Positions 21,477 to 31,657 are shown, counted from the first letter of the stretch. The stretch: 64,000 bases of DNA from an uncultured delta proteobacterium (GCA_963789265.1 CAWBKB010000001.1:800001-864000); one strand, 5' to 3'. The notes: a model not told the origin generated them from the sequence alone. Made by a program: numbers and translations.

Positions 21477-21800
21477 CTAGGTTCAGGAAGGACATGGACG
21501 CCGGCCCTTGAGCATTCGCAAGTCCGGATAGTTGGAAATCAGACGCCCGTCCTTGTACTTGCCGATACCGTCAAAGGTTTCGGCATTGACTACTTCGGGC
21601 TCGGTAAACCACTGGGACTGGACCTTGAACTGACCTTTTTTCTGCTCATATCCCGGGATTTTGATGGTGATTCCAACGCCTTTCAGCTTATCAAACTTCT
21701 CGAGGTTGTCGAAAATGAGAAACTTCCGGAAAAAACCGCCATAAACTATTGCGGTGAGACTCATCACCAGCAGGATTGCGAAAAATACTTTTCTAATCAT
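21477..21800 (-). CDS. Small membrane-anchored protein with C-terminal CPSU motif; probable selenoprotein (TGA at 21485-21483 read as Sec)
   Basis: ...TGT CCT TCC TGA ACC TAG followed by a SECIS-like hairpin; N-terminal hydrophobic anchor. Confidence 0.72.
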
Positions 21801-21994
21801 CGTAGCCCTTCTCCGACAATCCGCATCTGCCTTGGCCTATTTTGAGAACTGCTGAGCGGAACGGTTGGTCTATCGACCTCGGATTCATAAAATCATTATA
21901 CCCGAATTACGATTGACCCACCATGGCAATCCGTGTCATTAAAGCGGAACTTCTCCAGTAGACGGCAAGTCGCGAACAGGAACGAAGAAAAGGA

Positions 21995-22555
21995 ATGGGA
22001 AAAGGCACCCTTTTTGTCATATCGGCTCCATCAGGGGCAGGAAAATCTACACTAGTGGCTAGAATCCAGCGGATATTTCCGGACATGCTGTATTCCGTGT
22101 CCTGTACCAGTCGGCCCCCGAGAAAAGGCGAAACAGAAGGAGTGGACTACCATTTTGTCAGTCCCGGCGAATTCCGGACGATGATAAAGCGCAGTGAATT
22201 TCTTGAGTGGAAAGAGGTTCACGGTAACTTGTACGGTACACCGGCCGCCCCTGTGAGCAGGGCGCTTGCCGCCTCTCGGCGCATAATACTGGACATTGAT
22301 GTGGAAGGAGCAAAAGAAATCTTCAAAAAAATCCCTCGGGCAGTTGGGATCTTCATCTCAGCGCCTAACATGAGCGCTTTGAAACAAAGGCTCGCTCTAC
22401 GAGGCACCGACTCGGAGGAATCCGTGAAGATTCGGCTGGCCAACGCGGTCCGGGAGATGAAACAGGCCGAAATGTTCAGGCATCAAATTGTTAACGATAA
22501 TCTGGAAGAGGCCGTTGAACAGTTGGCAGGTATTATCAGAAAGGAATCCGAATAG
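21995..22555 (+). CDS. gmk: Guanylate kinase
   Basis: SAPSGAGKST, SVSCTSR.PR.GE..GVDYHF, HGNLYGT, LDIDVEG. Confidence 0.97.
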   Translation: MGKGTLFVISAPSGAGKSTLVARIQRIFPDMLYSVSCTSRPPRKGETEGVDYHFVSPGEFRTMIKRSEFLEWKEVHGNLYGTPAAPVSRALAASRRIILDIDVEGAKEIFKKIPRAVGIFISAPNMSALKQRLALRGTDSEESVKIRLANAVREMKQAEMFRHQIVNDNLEEAVEQLAGIIRKESE

Positions 22556-22556
22556 T

Positions 22557-23753
22557 CTACTCGGGAGACTTGCCAATTCTTACATCCACTGTGCGAGCCT
22601 GCTTGCCGCGAATGATCGTCATCCTGATGCGATCGCCAGGCTTGGCGGCCGCGACTAAGCGGGAAAGATGGCGGCCGTCGCGGACAGCCCTTCCGTCGGC
22701 ATCCACTATCAAATCGCCTTTTCTCAAACCCGCGTTGTATGCTGGAGTGGAATTAAGAACTTCGTCCACAAGGGTGCCCCGGGGCATCCCGAGTCCATGC
22801 CGCCGCGCCTGCTCCTCAGTGACGTCTTCGACGTAAATCCCGAGCCATCCCCGGAAGATACTCTCGGCATTCATGGGTGCTCGCATGAGTTCGGCCACAT
22901 AGTTCACCGGGATGGAGAAACCGATCCCCTTGCCCGATGCGATGATCGCCGTATTAACTCCGATTACTTCTCCAGCCATATTAAATAAAGGCCCCCCCGA
23001 GTTGCCGGGATTGATCGAGGCGTCGGTTTGGATGAAATTGTCATCCGGGCCCAGGCCGATAAAACGCCCTTTGCCGCTCACAATGCCCACTGTCACTGTC
23101 CGGCCTAGTCCAAAAGGGTTTCCTACGGCCAAGACCCATTCTCCTACTTGGACCTTAGAAGAATCGCCTAGTTTGGCTTTCTGCAACGAATACGGCGGAT
23201 TGATTTTGAGGAGTGCAAGATCAACCTTGGGATGAACGGCAACCACCTTTGCCGACTCAACTTGGCCTGTTGAAAGCGTGACCAGAATTTTTCCGGCACC
23301 TTCTACCACATGGCTGTTCGTGACAATATGCCCCGCGGTGTCGCAAAAGAATCCGCTTCCCAAACTGTCGGCCTGAAATCTGTCTCTGCCCTTGGCATGT
23401 TCATCGAAATAGCCGGGACGAGAACGGAAGAGCGGTGGAGGTTCCGTGGAACTATTCTGAAGTACGTGTCTCTCTATGGAAATATTCACCACCACAGGTG
23501 TCAATTGTTTGATCAAATCTATGAGATCGGGGCACCCTCCAGGTGGTGGTTGGGTCTTCCGAGCCGCTTCATCTCCCGCATGTGCGGGCAACATGCCCAA
23601 ACTTATCGAGAACACAACTGCAAGGAAAAAGAGACCGCATCTGGAACGGATCGTGGCAGCCGCCACAGTGAGGGTATGGAAGATCTCTTGCATAACGCTG
23701 TCTGTATCAGCGTAATCCTTGCGTGTCAACTTCAAGTCTGACCCGGTAGTCAA
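22557..23753 (-). CDS. DegP/DegQ (HtrA) serine protease with one PDZ domain
   Basis: VTNSHVV, DLALLK, QTDASINPGNSGGPL, C-terminal PDZ; start uncertain. Confidence 0.93.
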   Translation of the reverse strand: MTTGSDLKLTRKDYADTDSVMQEIFHTLTVAAATIRSRCGLFFLAVVFSISLGMLPAHAGDEAARKTQPPPGGCPDLIDLIKQLTPVVVNISIERHVLQNSSTEPPPLFRSRPGYFDEHAKGRDRFQADSLGSGFFCDTAGHIVTNSHVVEGAGKILVTLSTGQVESAKVVAVHPKVDLALLKINPPYSLQKAKLGDSSKVQVGEWVLAVGNPFGLGRTVTVGIVSGKGRFIGLGPDDNFIQTDASINPGNSGGPLFNMAGEVIGVNTAIIASGKGIGFSIPVNYVAELMRAPMNAESIFRGWLGIYVEDVTEEQARRHGLGMPRGTLVDEVLNSTPAYNAGLRKGDLIVDADGRAVRDGRHLSRLVAAAKPGDRIRMTIIRGKQARTVDVRIGKSPE

Positions 23754-23790
23754 ATTTCTTAGATTATCAACTCTTCCCGGCGCATATCCT

Positions 23791-24654
23791 TCACCGGTTC
23801 ATTCCTAGAATGAGCAGCAATTCTCGAACAATCTTTGCCGCCGTTATGGTTCCCGCTTCCGAAGGGTCAAGACGGGGATTCAGTTCGACAACATCTGCCC
23901 CGATAACATGCATGCGGCTCAGAGCATGGTAGAATCGCTCCATATCGTCATAAAACCATCCGCCGGCCTCAGGATTCCCTGTAGCCGACAGGCAGGCGGG
24001 ATCCAACACGTCGAGATCGAGGGTAAGATAAACGGAGCAACCACCTACTCTTCGCAACAGGTTTTTTCCCAATCCCGGTCCCCATTGCATCCATGTCCCT
24101 TGCTCGCGCATCCAGGAAAATTCATCTTCGGTCCCTGCGCGCATCCCAAGCTGAATTAACCGATCGGGCCCTGTAATATCAGACACCCTCCGCATTACTG
24201 TGGCGTGGTTGATCGAACTCCCTTCGTACCGGTCCCTTAGGTCCGTGTGAGCGTCCAAATGGATGACGAACGCGCCGGGGTGCATTCTGTTTATCGCCCC
24301 GACCGCCGGGAGGGTAATCGTGTGTTCTCCCCCCAGGCACAGGGGGAGACCTCCTTTGCCCAACACCTTTGAGACAGTGTCTTCGATCCTTTCCAGCGAG
24401 GATCCCAAAGAATCATCGGATAAAGCAATGTTGCCGAGATCGCTGAAAGGGCTCTTTTCAAGATCCGCATCGAGGGATGGGGAGTAAGTTTCAATGGAAT
24501 TGGAAGCGATCCGAATCGCATCCGGAGCTGCTCCGGTACCACTGCGGTAGGTGGAGGTCATGTCCAAGGGGCAGCCGATGAGAGCAGGGCATCCAGCGAC
24601 AATTTCTCGATAAGAGCAGCCAAGAAAAACGTTATCTTGCATCCGATTGGGCAC
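23791..24654 (-). CDS. speB: Agmatinase (ureohydrolase)
   Basis: GGEHTIT, DAHTD, DLDVLDP, DVVELNP. Confidence 0.92.
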   Translation of the reverse strand: MPNRMQDNVFLGCSYREIVAGCPALIGCPLDMTSTYRSGTGAAPDAIRIASNSIETYSPSLDADLEKSPFSDLGNIALSDDSLGSSLERIEDTVSKVLGKGGLPLCLGGEHTITLPAVGAINRMHPGAFVIHLDAHTDLRDRYEGSSINHATVMRRVSDITGPDRLIQLGMRAGTEDEFSWMREQGTWMQWGPGLGKNLLRRVGGCSVYLTLDLDVLDPACLSATGNPEAGGWFYDDMERFYHALSRMHVIGADVVELNPRLDPSEAGTITAAKIVRELLLILGMNR

Positions 24655-24740
24655 TCTCTATTATTGATTGGGTAAGAGGGACTGCAAAACCAAAATGGGG
24701 ACTACAGCCGGGCTCGTTGCTCTTATGTAGTCAAACGGTT

Positions 24741-25622
24741 TTAAGTACTCGGCACGCCAGGAGCCGCCTCTTCAATCATTTTGCGCACAAAGACGGGTGG
24801 AACAAGAGCGGCCGAATGTACCTCGAAGTCGTAATACTTGAGAGTACGCTTCAGCTCCGGCATCAACTCTACTGTCCATCTCCTCGCCGGGTCACTTGTC
24901 TCGGAGCAGAAGGTGAAAGACCAGAGCCCTCCCGGATACGATGGGATCGTGGCAAAGTAGGGAGTGGCCCCGCCGAATCCGAAGACAAGCCTTAAGTCTC
25001 TGACCGCCTTTGAAAACACGTCTCCCATGAAAAGAGGGCTTTCAGTCTGAAAAATCGCAACCCCACCTTTCTTGAGGCTCTTCTTTATGGACCCATAGAA
25101 CGTGGTTTCGAAGAGCGACACGCCCGGCCCAACCGGATCGGTGGAATCCACAAGGACAAGGTCAAATTCTCGGGTGAAATTTTTTACAAAAGCCGCGCCA
25201 TCCTCATAAGCGATACTTACTCGGGGGTCGGAGAGTCCTTGAGATATCTCGGGGAAATACTCTCGACAGGAATCTACGACCACAGGGTCTATTTCGCAGA
25301 GGGTGACCGATTCCACTCCGGGGTATTTAACAACTTCGGTGACTGCCCCGCCATCGCCCCCGCCTATAATCAGCACGGTTCGCGGTGCAGGCAGTACTGC
25401 CATGGCAAGGTGAACGAGCATCTCATGATAAATGAAAGCATCTTTCTCGGTTACCATAAAGCACCCGTTCAGCAGGAGCACGCGGCCCAACTTGTCAGTA
25501 TCTAAAATCTCGATCCTTTGAAAATCACTGGTGGTATCGAGCAACTTGCGGGAATAACGAACCGAAAAGGCCGTCGCATCACCATAAATCTCAGTAAACC
25601 AATCAGACTCTGTCAGCGACAT
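24741..25622 (-). CDS. speE: Polyamine aminopropyltransferase (spermidine synthase)
   Basis: YHEMLVH, IIGGGDGG, CEID, DSTDPVGP, YPGGLW. Confidence 0.95.
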   Translation of the reverse strand: MSLTESDWFTEIYGDATAFSVRYSRKLLDTTSDFQRIEILDTDKLGRVLLLNGCFMVTEKDAFIYHEMLVHLAMAVLPAPRTVLIIGGGDGGAVTEVVKYPGVESVTLCEIDPVVVDSCREYFPEISQGLSDPRVSIAYEDGAAFVKNFTREFDLVLVDSTDPVGPGVSLFETTFYGSIKKSLKKGGVAIFQTESPLFMGDVFSKAVRDLRLVFGFGGATPYFATIPSYPGGLWSFTFCSETSDPARRWTVELMPELKRTLKYYDFEVHSAALVPPVFVRKMIEEAAPGVPST

Positions 25623-26083
25623 AATACCACCGCAGCGAAAACCGCTCCCACACGCTGAACCGTGAGGGTTGCAGAAATACTCTTGATTTCACGAATACGG
25701 ATGCCCCGTATGACCTCCATGCCTTCACGAACCATTTCGCGGGCAACGACTTCGCATGGGCCTGCCTCACCAATGCGGGAGCATTCCATGATAAGCCCGG
25801 CCGCCGACGGATCTACGGGAATGCCCACAGCCACGGACGCGGAAATAGTTTCCCCCTGTTCCGATGATATGCGATCGCCATACGCCAGCGGCACCAGACA
25901 TCCCTTCGGCAATTCGTAGGGCTCGATCTCTTCGGCTGAAGGCGGAAGTATGCTGCTCAACTTAACCAGGTTCGTGTCTCCTATCTTCGCGTCCAGAAGC
26001 GCTGCATCAAAAGCGTTTAGTCCTGTTGAAGCCTCCCCTCTCCCGGACGTAAGAAAAAATCGTTTCGGAAGGATTCCGAGCAT
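25613..26083 (-). CDS. pdaD: Pyruvoyl-dependent arginine decarboxylase
   Basis: LNAFDAALLDA.IGD.NLVKLSSILPP with the Ser-Ser self-cleavage site. Confidence 0.9.
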   Translation of the reverse strand: MLGILPKRFFLTSGRGEASTGLNAFDAALLDAKIGDTNLVKLSSILPPSAEEIEPYELPKGCLVPLAYGDRISSEQGETISASVAVGIPVDPSAAGLIMECSRIGEAGPCEVVAREMVREGMEVIRGIRIREIKSISATLTVQRVGAVFAAVVLCR

Positions 26084-26261
26084 TAACAGCCTCCTAAATT
26101 TGAGAGTGACGGTAATTGTTCCGGACTTCGGAAGGTCGGAATTCTACCCGGAGTGCTCCCTTCTTGTCTACAACTTCTGCATCTCCGCATGGATTGCTTG
26201 AGGCACCGCAACCCGCTTGACCGCCGAAATTGGGGATAATGGGCCTAAAGCGGCCGGACAT

Positions 26262-27584
26262 TCATTCTTGAGCAGAGTCCTTCTTTTGACACTGCCCCAA
26301 GATGTCCGTCTTGATCTGTTCCAATTCTTCTCGGATGGCCTCCCGGCTGCCGTGGATAAACATTTCGTTCTTGACCAGCCGGTCCTCGAGAACCTGGACT
26401 TTAGGAAGCATAAAGAAGACCGTGTACGCTGCAAGTCCCGCGAGCAGGACGAGACAAAAAATTAGGATGATCCATAACCAGAGGTTCCCTGACCGTCTGT
26501 TCGTCCGAGAAGGCACAGAGGAGGGGGCAGCTTCCCCTTGCCCGGGCGGCGCGGATGCTTCTACGGCTTCGGCACTGCGTGACGGTGCGACCGCAGGCTG
26601 GCTGGGACGCGCGGTCTCATTGGTCTGGATGGATTCTCCACCCCCGGTCGACTGTTTCCCCGAAGTCTGAAGATCGGGACTCGTCTTAATCGGAATCTTC
26701 TTGGTATCCTTGACCCGGTTTCCTTGAAATATCTTGATGACGATCGCTTTACCGTTAAGTTGAGCCAGTTGCTCAGGACTATGATCGGGAAATATCAGGA
26801 TGCCGATGCCGGAATCGGACGCGAGGGTGAATCGATTCCAGTCTGCACGGGGGATCGGTTTTTGTTCGGGCTTTCTCACTATTTGGGAATAAACGAGCTC
26901 TTTTTCCGGAAGCTCCACTCCGATTATCTGATCACTTCCCGAACGATTGTCCACATTGAGCCATTCACCTTTCATAAGATTATTTTCATCAAATGTGATG
27001 GAAGTCTTGTCCACATTGATCGAGATCTCTCGTCCGGCCCCCAGGTGTACGGTTCGCTCTTGTTCCGGGATTGCTTCGGCCGAAATCAACTGCTGACCGT
27101 CCACACTAATTGTTAAGAGGTCCGCGACACTCTTGCCCGCGAACAGCTTCACTCTGCTCTTGTCCAAGAGTTTGAGACCAACGGATCTAGTCATGGGTGC
27201 CTGGTAAACTTTCGTGGCCGGGGTGTACAGAGGGCCCGCAAAAGGAAGAGGCTTTCCGGGGCGATTCTGGGCATTCACCCACTCCACGTTCAGCGACGTG
27301 ACGTTGTTGATGAGCTTGTGGTATTTAGAGTTGAGTGTCAGAGCAATTGAATTAAACTTGGCCTGAGGGTCGGTTTTCTTTATAAGAATCTCTTTGCCGC
27401 CCACAGTGATTGTCACCTTGGGGACAAAATTGCCGCGCTGGTCCTTGATGCCGAAGGTTTCGCACGCAGCCTGTGTGGTGAAAGATAAAATACAAATGAG
27501 AACGAGGATGACCGGCAAGCCACCATGCCTGAACTTGCGAAGTCTTCCTGGGGGAGTTGAGATCATCGGGCCTTGCATAGACAC
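26262..27584 (-). CDS. Hypothetical exported protein with P/A/S linker, C-terminal TM and short coiled tail
   Basis: 440-aa ORF, signal-like hydrophobic segment, beta-rich body, LWLWIILIFCLVLLAGL anchor. Confidence 0.7.
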   Translation of the reverse strand: MSMQGPMISTPPGRLRKFRHGGLPVILVLICILSFTTQAACETFGIKDQRGNFVPKVTITVGGKEILIKKTDPQAKFNSIALTLNSKYHKLINNVTSLNVEWVNAQNRPGKPLPFAGPLYTPATKVYQAPMTRSVGLKLLDKSRVKLFAGKSVADLLTISVDGQQLISAEAIPEQERTVHLGAGREISINVDKTSITFDENNLMKGEWLNVDNRSGSDQIIGVELPEKELVYSQIVRKPEQKPIPRADWNRFTLASDSGIGILIFPDHSPEQLAQLNGKAIVIKIFQGNRVKDTKKIPIKTSPDLQTSGKQSTGGGESIQTNETARPSQPAVAPSRSAEAVEASAPPGQGEAAPSSVPSRTNRRSGNLWLWIILIFCLVLLAGLAAYTVFFMLPKVQVLEDRLVKNEMFIHGSREAIREELEQIKTDILGQCQKKDSAQE

Positions 27585-27735
27585 AATACATGCCTTGAAC
27601 GCAGCGGATTTTCTTACAGTTGCGGTATCTTATCAGTAAAGAGCAAGAAAATCAATGAACAAGTTTGAAGCCATAACATGGTCTTAACTATAATAGCTTA
27701 GGTTCGCGGACCGAAGAGTAGACGGAGACACCTTT

Positions 27736-28917
27736 ATGGAATCTCAAAACATTCCGATTTCGTTGAAGTCCGAAAAGATCCCCCCGTTCCTCGTAATGGA
27801 TGTGCTTGAGCGGGCCATGGAAATGACCGAGGATGGGGAGAATATCATTCATCTGGAGGTAGGCGAGCCGGACTTTGATACACCGAAAAATATCGTAGAA
27901 GCCGGTTTCGCAGCGATGCGCGCAGGCAAAACCCACTACACGCCCAGCACGGGAATACCCGAATTGCGCCGAGCCGTAGCCGCCCATTACTTTGAGACCT
28001 ACGGCGTAGAAGTGGACCCTCGAGACGTGGCGATAACTTCGGGCTCATCGCCGGCAATATTCCTGATCCTCTCAGCTCTGTTGGATCCCGGCAGCGAGGT
28101 TATACTGTCCGACCCCCACTATGCCTGCTATCCAAATTTCATTCGTTTCTTGGAAGGTGTGCCGGTCTTCGTGGCTGCACGGGCTGAAGACGGTTTTCAG
28201 ATAGATCCCGAGGACGTGGAGAAGGCCATCACGGGCAAGACACGGGCGATCATGATTAATTCCCCGTCCAATCCGACCGGCGTGGTGATGGAACCTGAAA
28301 GGATGAAGCGTCTTGCCCAACTGGGTCTGCCAATCATATCCGATGAAATATATCACGGTCTTGTATACGAGGGCCGGGAGCATTCGATTCTGGAATTCAC
28401 CAGAAACGCATTTGTGGTGAACGGCTTCTCAAAGCTCTACGCGATGACCGGTTGGAGGCTGGGTTATTTGATCAGTCTCCCGGACCATGTTCGGCCCATC
28501 CAGAAAATGATACAAAACTTCTTTATCAGCCCGGCGGATTTCGTGCAGTGGGCAGGGCTGGAAGCCCTCACGAATTCGGCGGATCACGTGCGCAGGATGA
28601 AGGAGGTATTTAACCATCGCCGCTTGACAATGATTGCACGGCTCAAGGAAATCGGCTTCGGCATTCAAGTTGACCCGACCGCGGCATTTTATGTTCTTGC
28701 CGACGCGAGGAGATTTTCGGCGGATTCTTACAGGTTTGCCTTTGACATTCTTGAAGACGCGGGTGTCGGAGTGGCCCCAGGGATTGATTTTGGCGGCAAT
28801 GCCGAAGGTTTTATTCGATTTTCTTATACCAATTCTATTGAGAATATCAGTGCCGGCCTGGATCGGATCGAGCTCTACCTCAAGACTCGGTTTGGGCCGG
28901 GATGCAAGACTCGCTGA
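27736..28917 (+). CDS. Class I/II PLP-dependent aminotransferase (aspartate aminotransferase-like)
   Basis: LEVGEPDF, NSPSNPTG, SDEIY, GFSKLYAMTGWRLG. Confidence 0.93.
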   Translation: MESQNIPISLKSEKIPPFLVMDVLERAMEMTEDGENIIHLEVGEPDFDTPKNIVEAGFAAMRAGKTHYTPSTGIPELRRAVAAHYFETYGVEVDPRDVAITSGSSPAIFLILSALLDPGSEVILSDPHYACYPNFIRFLEGVPVFVAARAEDGFQIDPEDVEKAITGKTRAIMINSPSNPTGVVMEPERMKRLAQLGLPIISDEIYHGLVYEGREHSILEFTRNAFVVNGFSKLYAMTGWRLGYLISLPDHVRPIQKMIQNFFISPADFVQWAGLEALTNSADHVRRMKEVFNHRRLTMIARLKEIGFGIQVDPTAAFYVLADARRFSADSYRFAFDILEDAGVGVAPGIDFGGNAEGFIRFSYTNSIENISAGLDRIELYLKTRFGPGCKTR

Positions 28918-29697
28918 GTGCGGTTCATCGCAATGGTGAAGTGTCCGAAATTATTTGTATCTCCAGAAGATTTCTCGGCAGACGAGCTTTTGTTATCCGG
29001 GAAAGAGGCACACTATCTCCACAGGGTTCTACGCCTTAAACCGGGAGATCAGTTAGAAATTTGCGACGGCACGCGGGACTACCTGATTCGATTAACCGCC
29101 TGCAACCGCAAAGCCGTTCAGGGAACGGTCATCGAGTCGCGGTCACTGGATACCCCCGATGGGATCGAAATCATTCTGGCCTTTTCGACTGTTCGCCCAG
29201 GGCCGGTCCAGGATATTCTACGGCATGGAACCGAGCTGGGTGTCTCGTGTTTTGTTCCCATATTGAGCCTCCGTGCTAATCGTCGGCCTCAAGTGAAGAA
29301 GGATCGGTGGAGCGCTATCGTGGCATCGGCGTCAGCCCAATCACGGCGGAGCATTATGCCGGAAATTGAGGCCCCGGTGACGCTTGATCGGTTCATTGAA
29401 CAGGATGCCCGCCGCAACGAGTCGCGACTGCTCCTTTCCATCAGCCCCGAAGCTACTCCTATTTTGGCAGCCCTCGAAGCGCTGGCGCCTCGAAAGGTGG
29501 CCATTCTGTCCGGCCCCGAAGGGGGCATGGATCCTTCAGAGGAAAAGAAGGCCATTGATGCCGGGTTTCAACCTGTCAGCCTTGGCCGCGGCATACTGCG
29601 ATCGGAAACCGCGGCAGTGGTAGCCGCCGGGACGATTCTCCTATGGAACGACTGGCTCCGGTTCCGCTGCTCCTCCAGCACACAAGAAGGAAGTTGA
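28918..29697 (+). CDS. rsmE: 16S rRNA m3U1498 methyltransferase
   Basis: HYLHRVLRL, TELGV, GPEGG, LGRGILRSETA. Confidence 0.93.
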   Translation: MRFIAMVKCPKLFVSPEDFSADELLLSGKEAHYLHRVLRLKPGDQLEICDGTRDYLIRLTACNRKAVQGTVIESRSLDTPDGIEIILAFSTVRPGPVQDILRHGTELGVSCFVPILSLRANRRPQVKKDRWSAIVASASAQSRRSIMPEIEAPVTLDRFIEQDARRNESRLLLSISPEATPILAALEALAPRKVAILSGPEGGMDPSEEKKAIDAGFQPVSLGRGILRSETAAVVAAGTILLWNDWLRFRCSSSTQEGS

Positions 29698-29975
29698 TAA
29701 TCCCGGCAGGATTGAATCGTTGAGACAGTGAGCGAGAAAGGCATTTCCACGGATTGACCTAGCGATAGCTTCATGGTATTTTTGAGTCATAGAAAACAGG
29801 CGACACGATCCGATTTCTAAAATGGATCAAACAAGTTAATTCATCCCGAAATTCACGGCTCAAGGGCTTGCCTGGGGTGGATGCCGGCCGACATCAGGTC
29901 GGCGTGCCCAAAACGGCCCACCGCCAATCGAGGCTTCTCATGGCACACGCTGAATCTCGTTGGACGAGGTAATGG

Positions 29976-31322
29976 ATGGCGACTAGGGAACTGGAGGATA
30001 CCTTTCGTTCAGTAGAAGAGTCTCTCATGCTTACAACCGCTCAGTTGCCCCCGTTCCCGACTGAGCGCGCTATACTTGCCGCGTTTCCTGAAATCGTTTC
30101 GTGTGGAGTACCACTTCAAAAGTCGGACTTTCTCTCCTGGGTCAATCTCACACTGGAAAACCCTGACGAGATATGGGAAAGTGACGGGCCTGCCGAGATA
30201 AGATTGTATCATTACTTGAATTACGTCGCAGACGAGGGCAAGGTGCCGTTGTTTGCAGTGGAAGTGGTCTGCGCGGATGAATTCATGGAGGTCAATAATT
30301 ACTCCCTGGTACTCCGGGAAGGCGAATTGAACCTGCTCCGAGCCGGCCATCTTGTGTATTCTCGTGCAATGGAATGGGAGCGAGAAAGAGTTATCAGCGC
30401 CTTGAACGAGAAGGCGCTTGCGAAATATGACGAACACCGTCTGGATGACGCGAGACAACTAATTGACGCGGCGATAAGGCTAAGCGGGGCGGGCAGTGCC
30501 TACTTGTTTAACAATCGTGGGCTTATCTGCTGGAAAATGGGCAAGACTGACCAGGCAAAGGCCGATTTTCGCGCCTCCATCAGTCTGGACCAGGGCAACG
30601 GAGATCCGTTCTTTAACATTGGTTTGATCTACTTCGACGAATCGGATTACAATCGAGCCCTCTATTATCTGCGGCGGGCGGTCGAGATTAACCCCGAGGA
30701 CAGCCAGTTCCTTACGGAGTTGGGGCACCTGTACTTGGAATTGGAGCGCGAAGAAGAGGCCCTGAAGTTGTTCAGGCAGGCATTTGAGAATGATCCCGAC
30801 GATGCGCAGGTCGATTTTCATCTCGGATACTACTTTCTGTACAAAAGGCGCGAACCCCGGGACGCGATAAAATACTATGCCAAAGGACTAAAGAAAGATC
30901 CGGAAGACCAGTTCGCATTGGCGGACCTCGCAGTCGCCCACTGGGTTTTGGGGAACACCCGAAAGACGCTGAAAATACACACGCGTCTTCAGCGATCCTC
31001 CCGCCTGATGCCATACACCATTAGCAGGCTAGTTTACCTAAACATGGAAATGGGAGATTACGAAGCCGCTCTGAAATATTATCGGCAGGCTTTGAGCCAG
31101 ACCGAACCGTTTGAGCCGGAATGGCTTCATTATAACGCGGCAATTGTTTATGCCAAGACGGGCCGTCCAAAGCAGGCCCTGGATATTTTGGACTTGGCTG
31201 TAAAAGCCGGCGGCGAAGCCGTGATCAAGCGCGCCCGGGCTGACAAGGCGTTGCAACCGCTCAAACGAATTCCCGACTTCAAGAAGTTGATCAAAATGCC
31301 TACGAAGCGCAGGATTCGCTGA
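29976..31322 (+). CDS. TPR-repeat protein with a distinct ~130-aa N-terminal domain
   Basis: Multiple TPR units (FNNRGL, FFNIGL, LGHLY, HYNAA). Confidence 0.85.
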   Translation: MATRELEDTFRSVEESLMLTTAQLPPFPTERAILAAFPEIVSCGVPLQKSDFLSWVNLTLENPDEIWESDGPAEIRLYHYLNYVADEGKVPLFAVEVVCADEFMEVNNYSLVLREGELNLLRAGHLVYSRAMEWERERVISALNEKALAKYDEHRLDDARQLIDAAIRLSGAGSAYLFNNRGLICWKMGKTDQAKADFRASISLDQGNGDPFFNIGLIYFDESDYNRALYYLRRAVEINPEDSQFLTELGHLYLELEREEEALKLFRQAFENDPDDAQVDFHLGYYFLYKRREPRDAIKYYAKGLKKDPEDQFALADLAVAHWVLGNTRKTLKIHTRLQRSSRLMPYTISRLVYLNMEMGDYEAALKYYRQALSQTEPFEPEWLHYNAAIVYAKTGRPKQALDILDLAVKAGGEAVIKRARADKALQPLKRIPDFKKLIKMPTKRRIR

Positions 31323-31657
31323 GTTCCTGAGAAACCGGTCCCCCAGACTCTGAGAATTGACCTCATGCCTCGAGACTCTCACGCTCGATGGCCTTCCCAT
31401 TTCGTCATTGGGCGATGCAAGCTGTCAATTTTGCTTTGATTCCTGAAGCGGATGGATCTGTTTCAACCACAACGGCCCGTTACGCGGACCGTCAATGTAT
31501 TCCCAGCTTTCCGTATCCCGGGTTCACGACAGCCCCAAGCTTCGGCAACAACGCAAAACCCTGGTATGGTCACGAGCGAAAAAAAGGCGCTTGCGCTGAC
31601 GGTAAAGAGAACTTTATAGTTGCAGTCGTGTCAGCGCTTCACAGGATATCCTGATTC

